The translations under genes and the position numbers were made by a program. Below, one piece after another: positions 17,667 to 26,513 of a stretch of 64,000 bases of DNA. The stretch is from Hungatella sp. Lineage in GTDB: Bacteria; Bacillota; Clostridia; Lachnospirales; Lachnospiraceae. Numbering within the stretch: the first letter of the stretch is position 1; every line of letters starts with the position of its first letter. The stretch spans positions 5,562 to 69,561 of the forward strand of contig JAAWHU010000007.1 of assembly GCA_022796015.1 (NCBI GenBank), written 5' to 3'. A model generated the notes under the pieces. The model did not search any database. It worked only from the letters and a program-made list of their open reading frames with translations, and had not been told where the DNA came from.

Positions 17667-18416
17667 ATGCTGAAATTTATTCTGGTAGCATCTATGGTAA
17701 TTCTGTTTTTAATCTTTAGTATTCCGATTCTTGTGGTTGAGAAGCATATAGGGAAGGCTGATCCTGAAAAAAGGGACAGACAGTGCCTGGCTATTGTGCA
17801 GTTTATGTTCCGGCTGATTCTGAAAGCGGCGGGGATACATATTACGGTAAAAGGAATGGAGAATATTCCCGAGAATACCCCGGTGCTCTATGTGGGAAAC
17901 CACAGAAGCTATTTTGATATTCTGGTGGGATATACCACAGTCCCCACGCGGTTAGGCTTTATGGCCAAGAAGGAGATGGAGCAGATTCCCCTTTTGTCCA
18001 GCTGGATGAAGAATGTAAACTGCCTTTTTCTGGATCGGCAGAATATCAGAGAGGGGTTAAAAGCCATTCTGGAAGGGGTGGACAAGGTAAAAAACGGGGT
18101 ATCCATCTGGATTTTCCCTGAGGGAACCAGGAATGACGCCGAAGATTATCTGGATTTGATGCCTTTTAAGGAGGGGAGTCTAAAGATCGCGGAGAAGAGC
18201 GGCTGTCCGGTGGTTCCTGTGGCCATTACGGGCACGGCGGAGGCATATGAGAATCATTTTCCGAGAATCCGGTCGTCCCAGGTAACCATCGAGTTTGGGA
18301 CGCCTTTTATTATCAAGGGGCTGGAGCCGGAGAAGAAAAAGTTTGCGGGGGCCCACACCAGGCAGCTGATTATTGATATGCTTCAGGAAGAAAAAAGACT
18401 GAGAGAGGGAAGATAG
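17667..18416 (+). CDS. plsC: 1-acyl-sn-glycerol-3-phosphate acyltransferase.
   Basis: NHRSYFD (HxxxxD) and FPEGTR acyltransferase motifs, with an N-terminal TM anchor. Confidence 0.85.
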   Translation: MLKFILVASMVILFLIFSIPILVVEKHIGKADPEKRDRQCLAIVQFMFRLILKAAGIHITVKGMENIPENTPVLYVGNHRSYFDILVGYTTVPTRLGFMAKKEMEQIPLLSSWMKNVNCLFLDRQNIREGLKAILEGVDKVKNGVSIWIFPEGTRNDAEDYLDLMPFKEGSLKIAEKSGCPVVPVAITGTAEAYENHFPRIRSSQVTIEFGTPFIIKGLEPEKKKFAGAHTRQLIIDMLQEEKRLREGR

Positions 18417-19544
18417 ATGGATTTACGGAAGATCAGAGACCAGCTGGATGTAATCGACGGGGAGATCGTCCGGCTGTTTGAGGAGAGAATGAGACTTGTA
18501 GGAGAGGTGGCGGAATTTAAGATCGCCACGGGAAAGCAGGTCTTTGACAAGGAGAGGGAGCAGGCAAAGATCGCTTCTGTCCGAAGTCTGGCTCACGGAG
18601 CCTTCAACCAGCAGGCGGCGGAGGAAGTGTTTACCCAGCTCATGACCATTAGCCGTCGGTTTCAGTACCGGCTTTTGGAGGAACACGGGCAGAAGATGGA
18701 GCTGGGATTTAAGCAGGTGGACTGCCTGCCTCTTAAAAATGCACGGGTAGTATATCAGGGAGTGGAGGGAGCCTACAGCCATGAAGCGGCTCTTACCTAT
18801 TTCGGTGAGGGCGCGGATGTGCGCCATGTAAAGACATGGGAGGACGCTATGGAGGAGGTAGAGTCAGGAAGGGCGGATTACGGGGTAATTCCCATTGAGA
18901 ACTCTTCGGCAGGGGCGGTCAGTGACAACTATGACCTTCTGCTGCGCCATGACAATGTGATTGTGGCCGAGATCTGCATTCCTGTAAACCACATGCTTTT
19001 GGGGCTTCCGGGGGCTTCTTTAGAAGATATTCAGACGGTCTATTCCCACCCCCAGGCCCTTATGCAGTCCAGCCAGTATCTTAACGCCCGCCCCCAGTGG
19101 CAGCAGTTCAGCGTGGTAAATACGGCGGTGGCAGCCAAAAAGGTTCTTGAGGATCAGGAAAGGAGCCAGGCGGCGGTGGCCAGCCAGGCAGCAGGAAAAC
19201 TCTATGGCCTTGTGCCCCTGGCACAGGGAATCAACCATAATAAGAACAATACTACCAGATTCCTGATTCTTGCGAAAGATCCTATATACTGTAGAGATGC
19301 ATCAAAGATAAGTCTGTGTTTTGAGCTTCCTCACAAGAGCGGGACTCTGTACAACATGCTGGGAAATCTGATCTATAACGGGGTGAATATGCGGATGATC
19401 GAATCCCGCCCGATTCCTGGAAAGAAGTGGGAGTACCGTTTCTTTGTGGATATCGAAGGCAATTTAAGCGAACCTTCTATTCAGAACGCTTTAAAGTGTG
19501 TTGCCGAGGAAGCGGCTAATATGAAAATTCTTGGAAATTATTGA
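18417..19544 (+). CDS. pheA: Bifunctional chorismate mutase / prephenate dehydratase.
   Basis: N-terminal chorismate-mutase helix (LRKIRDQLDVIDGEIVRLFEERMRL), a PDT domain and a C-terminal ACT domain (ESRP). Its start abuts the plsC stop. Confidence 0.9.
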   Translation: MDLRKIRDQLDVIDGEIVRLFEERMRLVGEVAEFKIATGKQVFDKEREQAKIASVRSLAHGAFNQQAAEEVFTQLMTISRRFQYRLLEEHGQKMELGFKQVDCLPLKNARVVYQGVEGAYSHEAALTYFGEGADVRHVKTWEDAMEEVESGRADYGVIPIENSSAGAVSDNYDLLLRHDNVIVAEICIPVNHMLLGLPGASLEDIQTVYSHPQALMQSSQYLNARPQWQQFSVVNTAVAAKKVLEDQERSQAAVASQAAGKLYGLVPLAQGINHNKNNTTRFLILAKDPIYCRDASKISLCFELPHKSGTLYNMLGNLIYNGVNMRMIESRPIPGKKWEYRFFVDIEGNLSEPSIQNALKCVAEEAANMKILGNY

Positions 19545-19561
19545 TAACGGAGAGAAAACAT

Positions 19562-20839
19562 ATGAACACAAACCAGTTGATTCTATATCGGAATTTCAAG
19601 TATCAGCAGTTATTTGACGAAATGGCCCAGCTGCTTCTGGGAACAAGGGAGGGCGAGATTCTGCCGGATCCCTGCTCCCTGGCCAATCAGCTTATTGAGC
19701 TGGCGGCGGATTACGGATTTGAAGGAAACCTGTGGCATTGCTTTTTGGCATTCTGTCTTGCCAACCACGAGAATGCCTACAGTATTTCCTGTGAGATCAG
19801 GGGAGACCAGGGAGGGACCTTATCCCGCCTTGCCAGGCAGGATTTTACCATGATTCAGCAGCTGTTTAAAAAGGACATTCAGGTCCTGGACAAGCTGGTG
19901 CCGGAGAGCTCTGTCTGGTCGGAGCTGGCATCCTTTGAGCCATCTGTGGGTTTCAGTCGTATCTTCAACCGAAGGATCCGGGACAGAATCATAAAGCTTT
20001 CCGTCACTCTGGCAGAGGCAGAGGACGTGGAAGGGTTTGCCAAGGCCGTATCGGAGTTTTATCGGGAATTCGGCGTAGGTAAGTACGGTCTCAACAAGGC
20101 ATTCCGCATAAAAGAAGACAGGCACACCGCCTTCATTGAGCCTGTGGTCAACGTGGAACATGTCTATCTGGAGGATCTTATCGGCTATGAGCTTCAGAAG
20201 AAAAAACTGATTGAAAATACCGAATGTTTTATTCAGGGAAGGGCAGCCAACAACGTGCTGCTCTACGGAGATGCGGGAACAGGCAAATCCTCCAGCATCA
20301 AAGCTATTTTAAACAAGTACTATGACCAGGGATTACGGATTATTGAAGTCTACAAGCATCAGTTCCACGCATTATCCTCCATACTGGAACAGATCCAGGA
20401 CAGAAACTACAAATTTATTATCTTCATGGATGATCTGTCATTTGAGGAGAGCGAGCTGGAATATAAATACCTAAAAGCCATTATCGAAGGCGGCCTGGGA
20501 AGAAAACCCCAAAATGCTTTGATCTATGCCACCTCTAACCGCCGCCATCTAATCCGTGAGAAATTCAGCGACAAGCGGGAACTGGACGACGAGCTTCATA
20601 TCAACGACACGGTCCAGGAAAAACTGTCTTTGGTAGCCAGATTCGGGGTCACCATCTATTTTGGCTCCCCGGACAAACGAGAGTTCCAACATATCGTAAA
20701 AGCCCTGGCCCAGAAATATGCTATCACCATGGCCGAAGACCAGTTATACGAAGAAGCCAACAAATGGGAACTCTACCACGGGGGCCTTTCCGGCCGCACC
20801 GCCATGCAATTCATTACCTATCTGTTAGGAAGCATATAA
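19562..20839 (+). CDS. AAA+ ATPase of unknown function (DUF815-like).
   Basis: Walker A LLYGDAGTGKSS and Walker B FIIFMDDLSF. It is about 425 aa. RBS is GGAGAG. It lies immediately upstream of ppx and ppk. Confidence 0.65.
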   Translation: MNTNQLILYRNFKYQQLFDEMAQLLLGTREGEILPDPCSLANQLIELAADYGFEGNLWHCFLAFCLANHENAYSISCEIRGDQGGTLSRLARQDFTMIQQLFKKDIQVLDKLVPESSVWSELASFEPSVGFSRIFNRRIRDRIIKLSVTLAEAEDVEGFAKAVSEFYREFGVGKYGLNKAFRIKEDRHTAFIEPVVNVEHVYLEDLIGYELQKKKLIENTECFIQGRAANNVLLYGDAGTGKSSSIKAILNKYYDQGLRIIEVYKHQFHALSSILEQIQDRNYKFIIFMDDLSFEESELEYKYLKAIIEGGLGRKPQNALIYATSNRRHLIREKFSDKRELDDELHINDTVQEKLSLVARFGVTIYFGSPDKREFQHIVKALAQKYAITMAEDQLYEEANKWELYHGGLSGRTAMQFITYLLGSI

Positions 20840-20856
20840 AGAAGGGAGGGTTTTAT

Positions 20857-22380
20857 ATGGCCGCGCAGCTATTTGCAGCCATTGACGTAGGCTCTTTCAA
20901 ATTGGAGCTGGGAATCTACGAGATCACCCCCAAGAACGGCCTGCGTCAGGTGGAGCACTTAAGGCATGTCATTGCCTTAGGCAAGAACACCTACAGCACA
21001 GGAAAGATCAGCTATGAACTGGTGGATGAGATGTGCCGGATTCTGGAGGAATTTGCCGGTATCATGAAAAGCTACCAGGTGAGAGATTACCGGGCATACG
21101 CCACAACAGCCATGCGGGGGGCAAAAAACAACCACATTATTCTGGAGCAGATTCGGGTGCGGACAGGTATCTCCGTAAGAATCGTCAGCAACTCCGAGCA
21201 GCGTCTTCTCACCTACAAGGCCATTGCCATGAAGGAGGCGGAGTTTCAGAAGATTATCCAGAAGGGAACAGCCATTGCAGACGTAAGTTTCGGCAGTATG
21301 CAGATTTCCCTTTTTGACAAAGACAGCTTGGTCAGTACCCACAATCTGCCTTTGGGGGTTATGCGGATCGGAGAGATTCTCTCAAGGATTCCCACCAACA
21401 CCTGGATGCAGCAGACCCTGGTTGAAGAGGTGGTAGATAAGGAGCTGTCCAATTACCGGAAGATGTACCTAAAAGACAGGGATATGAAAAACCGGGATAT
21501 TAAGAACCTGATTGCCATCGGGGAATTGGTGCTCTATCTTGCCAGAGATGAGATCAATCACACAAGAACCGACCGCATCAGCGCCGCTGATTTTATGGAG
21601 TATTCCGACCATCTTCTCAAGATGTCCTTAGACCAGATCGAGGAGCGGTTTGGCGTCAGCTCCGGCTACGGGGCTCTTCTCATACCGGCGGCTGTGATTT
21701 TCCGCAGGGTTGTGGAGCTGACAGGGGCGGAAATGATATGGATTCCGGGTATCCGCATGTGCGATGGGATCGCCGCCGAATATGCCATGGATATTAAGAA
21801 GCTGCATTTTGCCCACGAGTTTGATAATGATATTCTGGCGGCGGCCAGAAACATGGCAAAAAGATACCGCTGCGGCGGCAGCCATGCCCAGTGTGTGGAG
21901 AAGATGGCCCTTCAGGTGTTTGATGTGATGAAAAAGTACCACGGCATGGGAGGAAGGGACCGGCTTCTTCTCCAAATTGCCGCCATTATCCACGGATGCG
22001 GAAAGTTTATCAGCACCAGAAATACAAGTGTCAGCGCCTACAATATTATTATGGCCACAGAGATCATCGGACTGTCCCATCAGGAGAGGGAGTTGGTGGC
22101 CAATGTGGTGAGAAGCAGGGGAGAAGAGTTTGATTATGTAGGGGATGATACCAGGGTGGCCAAGCTTACCGCTCTGCTGCGGGTAGCCAATGACCTTGAC
22201 AGCAGTCATAAGCAGAAGACGGTGGACTGCCGTATGACGGTGCGGGACGGGGAACTGGTGATTGCAGCCGGCTATGATGGGGATATGAGCCTGGAACTTC
22301 TTGCTATCAGCCAGGAGGCTGATTTCTTTGAAGAGATTTTCGGCATCAGGCCGGTGTTGAAAAGAAAGAGGAGGGGTTAA
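20857..22380 (+). CDS. ppx: Exopolyphosphatase / guanosine pentaphosphate phosphohydrolase (Ppx/GppA) with a C-terminal HD domain.
   Basis: N-terminus AAIDVGSFKLELGIYE is the actin-like ASKHA fold start. An HD region lies near the C-terminus. RBS is GAAGGGAGGG. The track's upstream extension was rejected. Confidence 0.85.
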   Translation: MAAQLFAAIDVGSFKLELGIYEITPKNGLRQVEHLRHVIALGKNTYSTGKISYELVDEMCRILEEFAGIMKSYQVRDYRAYATTAMRGAKNNHIILEQIRVRTGISVRIVSNSEQRLLTYKAIAMKEAEFQKIIQKGTAIADVSFGSMQISLFDKDSLVSTHNLPLGVMRIGEILSRIPTNTWMQQTLVEEVVDKELSNYRKMYLKDRDMKNRDIKNLIAIGELVLYLARDEINHTRTDRISAADFMEYSDHLLKMSLDQIEERFGVSSGYGALLIPAAVIFRRVVELTGAEMIWIPGIRMCDGIAAEYAMDIKKLHFAHEFDNDILAAARNMAKRYRCGGSHAQCVEKMALQVFDVMKKYHGMGGRDRLLLQIAAIIHGCGKFISTRNTSVSAYNIIMATEIIGLSHQERELVANVVRSRGEEFDYVGDDTRVAKLTALLRVANDLDSSHKQKTVDCRMTVRDGELVIAAGYDGDMSLELLAISQEADFFEEIFGIRPVLKRKRRG

Positions 22381-22383
22381 GCT

Positions 22384-24522
22384 GTGGCAGAGATAGATTC
22401 ACAATACACAAAATATGAAAATTATGTAAATCGGGAGCTGAGCTGGCTGGAATTTGATTACCGGATTCTGGAGGAGGCGAGAGACAAGACCCTTCCTCTG
22501 TTTGAACGACTGAAATTCTTAAGCATTACCGCCTCCAATTTAGACGAGTTTTTCATGGTCCGGGTGGCATCGTTAAAGGATATGGTTCATGCCGGGTACA
22601 CCAAGCCAGATCTGGCCGGGTTAAAGCCGGAGGAGCAGCTTGCAAGAATTGAGGAGAAGACCCATGATCTGGTAGGCCTTCAGTACTCCACCTACAACCG
22701 GTCTCTTCTGCCTGCCCTGCGCCAGAACGGCCTGCGCATTGTGACCAGCCATGAGGAGCTGACTCAGGAGGAAGGGCAGTATGTGGATCAGTATTTCAGA
22801 ACCAATGTCTACCCGGTGCTGACCCCTATGGCCGTGGATTCCTCCAGACCCTTTCCTTTAATCTACAATAAGTCCTTGAATATTGCGGCTTTGGTGAAAG
22901 AAAAGGATAAGAATGCTGAGCTGGATTTTGCCATGGTCCAGGTTCCCAGCGTTCTGCCCAGAATCGTGGAGATTCCCGGCAGCGGGGAGCGGGTGGTGAT
23001 TCTTCTTGAACAGATTATTGAGAGAAATATGCCCTCCCTCTTTGTAAAGCATGAGATTTTGGCGGCTCATCCCTTCCGTATTATGAGGAATGCGGATCTG
23101 TCCATCGATGAGGATGAGGCGGAGGATCTCTTAAAGGAGATTGAGAAACAGTTAAAGAAAAGGCGCTGGGGAGAGGCCATCCGTCTGGAGATTGAAGAAA
23201 ACGCAGACAAACGCCTTCTGAAAAGGCTGAAAAAGGAACTGGCAATTCATTCGGGGGATATTTTCAGCATCAACGGCCCTCTGGATCTCACCTTTCTCAT
23301 GAAGATGTACGGCATGGATGGGTTTGAACATTTGAAGGCCCCCAGATATACGCCTCAGCCCAACCCGGCTTTTATGAATGAGGATGATATTTTCACCAAT
23401 ATCCGCAAAGGAGATATTCTTCTCCATCATCCCTACGAGTCCTTTGACCCGGTGGTGGAGTTTGTGAAGACTGCGGCAAAGGACCCTCAGGTTCTGGCTA
23501 TCAAGCAGACTCTGTACCGGGTCAGCGGCAATTCCCCCATTGTGGCGGCCCTTGCAGAGGCGGCAGACCGGGGCAAGCAGGTGTTTGTTCTGGTGGAGCT
23601 GAAGGCCCGCTTTGATGAGGAAAATAACATTAACTGGGCAAAGACCCTGGAGAAGGCGGGATGCCATGTGATCTACGGCCTTCTGGGTCTTAAGACTCAC
23701 TCCAAGATCACCCTGGTGGTGAGGAAGGAGGAAGAGGGAATCCGCCGCTATGTCCATCTGGGTACCGGCAATTACAATGATTCCACGGCAAAGCTGTATA
23801 CGGACTGCGGAATTCTTACCTGTCATCCGCAGATCGGGGAGGATGCCACGGCGGTGTTCAACATGCTGTCAGGATACTCGGAACCATTGCAGTGGAATCA
23901 GCTGGCAGTGGCCCCCATCTGGCTGAGAAAGCGGTTTCTCCGAATGATTAAGAGGGAGACCGATCACGCAAAGGCAGGGAGACGGGCCAGAATCATTGCC
24001 AAGGTTAATTCCCTGTGCGACAGGGATATTATTGCCGCGTTGTATGAGGCATCCTGCGCCGGGGTGAAGATCGACCTGATCGTCAGGGGTATTTGCTGCC
24101 TGAGGGCAGGGGTGGCGGGGCTAAGCGAGAATATTTCCGTCCGCTCGATTGTGGGAAATTTTCTGGAGCATATCAGAATCTTTTATTTTGAGAACGACGA
24201 GTCCCCGGAGATCTATATGGCAAGCGCTGACTGGATGCCGAGAAACCTGGACCGCCGTGTGGAGATCATGTTCCCCATTCTTGACGAAGACCTTAAAAAG
24301 AAGGCAGTCCACATTCTGGATGTCCAGCTGGCAGATACGGTAAAGGCCCACCTTCTTCAGCCCGATGGCAGTTATGCCAAGGTTGACAAACGGGGCAAGA
24401 GCCCGGTGTGCGCCCAGGAGCAGTTCTGCGAGGAGGCCATGGCGGCGGCTGCGGCAAAACGAGGGGAGGAGGAGCCTGAGAACCACCGGGTATTCATCCC
24501 CGTGGAGGGAGAGCCGAACTAA
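22384..24522 (+). CDS. ppk1: Polyphosphate kinase 1.
   Basis: 712 aa with PPK1 N-terminal, head and two PLD-like C-terminal domains (NRELSWLEFDYRILEEA, ASNLDEFFMVRV). It uses a GTG start with an AGAGGAGGGG RBS 3 nt after the ppx stop. Confidence 0.95.
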   Translation: MAEIDSQYTKYENYVNRELSWLEFDYRILEEARDKTLPLFERLKFLSITASNLDEFFMVRVASLKDMVHAGYTKPDLAGLKPEEQLARIEEKTHDLVGLQYSTYNRSLLPALRQNGLRIVTSHEELTQEEGQYVDQYFRTNVYPVLTPMAVDSSRPFPLIYNKSLNIAALVKEKDKNAELDFAMVQVPSVLPRIVEIPGSGERVVILLEQIIERNMPSLFVKHEILAAHPFRIMRNADLSIDEDEAEDLLKEIEKQLKKRRWGEAIRLEIEENADKRLLKRLKKELAIHSGDIFSINGPLDLTFLMKMYGMDGFEHLKAPRYTPQPNPAFMNEDDIFTNIRKGDILLHHPYESFDPVVEFVKTAAKDPQVLAIKQTLYRVSGNSPIVAALAEAADRGKQVFVLVELKARFDEENNINWAKTLEKAGCHVIYGLLGLKTHSKITLVVRKEEEGIRRYVHLGTGNYNDSTAKLYTDCGILTCHPQIGEDATAVFNMLSGYSEPLQWNQLAVAPIWLRKRFLRMIKRETDHAKAGRRARIIAKVNSLCDRDIIAALYEASCAGVKIDLIVRGICCLRAGVAGLSENISVRSIVGNFLEHIRIFYFENDESPEIYMASADWMPRNLDRRVEIMFPILDEDLKKKAVHILDVQLADTVKAHLLQPDGSYAKVDKRGKSPVCAQEQFCEEAMAAAAAKRGEEEPENHRVFIPVEGEPN

Positions 24523-24550
24523 CAGAGCAAATCCTTCCATTGCCGGAAAT

Positions 24551-24587
24551 ACAAGGGAATTTGTCAGACATTCCCTTGTGTTTTTTT
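24551..24587 (+). terminator. Intrinsic terminator after ppk1.
   Basis: ACAAGGGAAT-ttgtcagac-ATTCCCTTGT followed by GTTTTTTT. Confidence 0.75.
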
Positions 24588-24670
24588 AAAGAAAAAGTAA
24601 AGCAAAAAAGGCCTTTATGTGGTAAGCTATTAACATAAGCAAAAGCAGTACGCAAGAAGGAGGAATATCT

Positions 24671-25375
24671 ATGTCACAGATCAGCATTCTGGTAGTAGAC
24701 GATGAGAAAGAGATTGCGGACCTGGTAGAGATCTATCTGGTCAGTGATGGTTATAGAGTATTTAAAGCCGACAATGCCCAGGAGGGTTTGGATATCCTTG
24801 GAAAGGAAGAGGTTCATCTGGTGCTCCTGGATATTATGATGCCGGGGATGGATGGCCTGGAGATGTGCAAGAAGATTCGTGAGAACAACAACATTCCCAT
24901 TATTATGCTGAGCGCCCGGTCCACAGACTTAGATAAGATCTTAGGCCTTGGAACAGGGGCCGACGACTATGTGGTAAAGCCGTTTAATCCTCTGGAACTG
25001 ACAGCCAGAGTAAAGTCTCAGCTGCGCCGTTATACCCAGCTGAACCCTAACAGCGGACCAAAGGAGGCAGACAAGAACGAGATTGCCATTAAAGGCCTGA
25101 TTATCAATAAGGATAATCATAAGGTGACCGTATTCGGAGAGGAGATCAAACTGACCCCCATTGAGTTTGATATTTTATATCTTCTGGCATCGAATCCGGG
25201 AAAGGTGTTCAGCACCGATGAGATCTTTGAAAAAGTGTGGAATGAGAAAGTCTATGAGGCTAACAACACGGTTATGGTACATATCCGGCGTCTCAGAGGA
25301 AAGATGAAAGAAGACACAAGACAGAATAAGATCATCACCACGGTGTGGGGGGTAGGATACAAAATTGAAAAATGA
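24671..25375 (+). CDS. OmpR-family response regulator.
   Basis: Receiver domain (LVVDDE...D...K) followed by a winged-helix trans_reg_C domain. RBS is AAGGAGGA. Confidence 0.9.
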   Translation: MSQISILVVDDEKEIADLVEIYLVSDGYRVFKADNAQEGLDILGKEEVHLVLLDIMMPGMDGLEMCKKIRENNNIPIIMLSARSTDLDKILGLGTGADDYVVKPFNPLELTARVKSQLRRYTQLNPNSGPKEADKNEIAIKGLIINKDNHKVTVFGEEIKLTPIEFDILYLLASNPGKVFSTDEIFEKVWNEKVYEANNTVMVHIRRLRGKMKEDTRQNKIITTVWGVGYKIEK

Positions 25376-26513
25376 TATGAGCCGCAGGTTTCATACAAGG
25401 GTAATCACCAACATTATTTTCAGCACCATATTCGCCTGTCTGGTAGATCTGTTTTTGGTAACCAACTTAACCATGATTGGAGAGTACGCGGTGGAACAGG
25501 GGAGGGAAGACTCGCTGCAGGCAGTGTTTCACAATCCGGATTCGGTTATTGTTCTTTTGTATGTACTTGCCGGAATCGGCACGTTCTCCGTGGCCTTTTT
25601 GCTCCTGCAGAAGAATTCCATGAATTATATTACCAGGCTTTCCACGGCGATCCAGAGTATTTCGGAAGGAGATCTGAATACTACGGTGGAGGTAATCGGC
25701 GACGACGAGTTCGCGGCCATGGCGGCAAATCTTAATAAGATGGTGGAGGATATCCGTCAGCTTATGGATAAAGAGCGGGAGTCGGAGAGGACCAAGAACG
25801 AGCTGATCACCAATGTGGCCCACGACCTTCGGACACCTCTCACCTCCATTATCGGTTACTTAGAACTTCTGTCAGGCCCTACAGGGCTGACGCCGGAGCT
25901 TGAGAAAAAATATATTAATATCACCTATACCAAAGCAAAGAGACTGGAAAAACTAATAGAGGATCTGTTCGGATTCACCAAGTTAAACTACGGAAAAGTA
26001 TCCATGAAGATAGGGAAGGTGGACATTGTAAAGCTGCTCAGCCAGCTTTTGGAAGAGTTTTATCCCAATTTTATGGACAAGAATCTGGCATATGAACTCC
26101 AGAGCAACGTGCCGGCTAAGATCATCAATGCAGATGGCAATCTCCTGGCCAGGCTTTTTGATAACCTGATCAACAATGCTATAAAGTACGGGGCAGATGG
26201 CAAGAGAATTGTGGTGAAAATCCATGCTACCGATGGGGTGGTTACGGTATCGGTGACAAACTATGGTTATGTGATACCCAAAGACGAACTGCCTCTTCTC
26301 TTTGACAAGTTCTACCGGGTGGAGCAGTCCCGGTCCACCAACACAGGCGGAACAGGCCTTGGGCTTGCTATAGCCAGGAATATTGTGGATATGCACGGGG
26401 GAACCATAGGAGTGACCAGTGATCTAAACGGAACCGTATTTACTGTCAGACTCCAGGTTGACTTTGATATCAACAAGGAGAATTTCGGAAATCTGGGGGA
26501 ACGAACCACATGA
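25365..26513 (+). CDS. Sensor histidine kinase, intramembrane-sensing type.
   Basis: Two N-terminal TM helices with a very short extracytoplasmic loop, a HAMP-like linker, an HDLRTPLTSI H-box and N, G1 and G2 boxes. It overlaps the response regulator by 11 nt. Confidence 0.9.
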   Translation: MKNDMSRRFHTRVITNIIFSTIFACLVDLFLVTNLTMIGEYAVEQGREDSLQAVFHNPDSVIVLLYVLAGIGTFSVAFLLLQKNSMNYITRLSTAIQSISEGDLNTTVEVIGDDEFAAMAANLNKMVEDIRQLMDKERESERTKNELITNVAHDLRTPLTSIIGYLELLSGPTGLTPELEKKYINITYTKAKRLEKLIEDLFGFTKLNYGKVSMKIGKVDIVKLLSQLLEEFYPNFMDKNLAYELQSNVPAKIINADGNLLARLFDNLINNAIKYGADGKRIVVKIHATDGVVTVSVTNYGYVIPKDELPLLFDKFYRVEQSRSTNTGGTGLGLAIARNIVDMHGGTIGVTSDLNGTVFTVRLQVDFDINKENFGNLGERTT

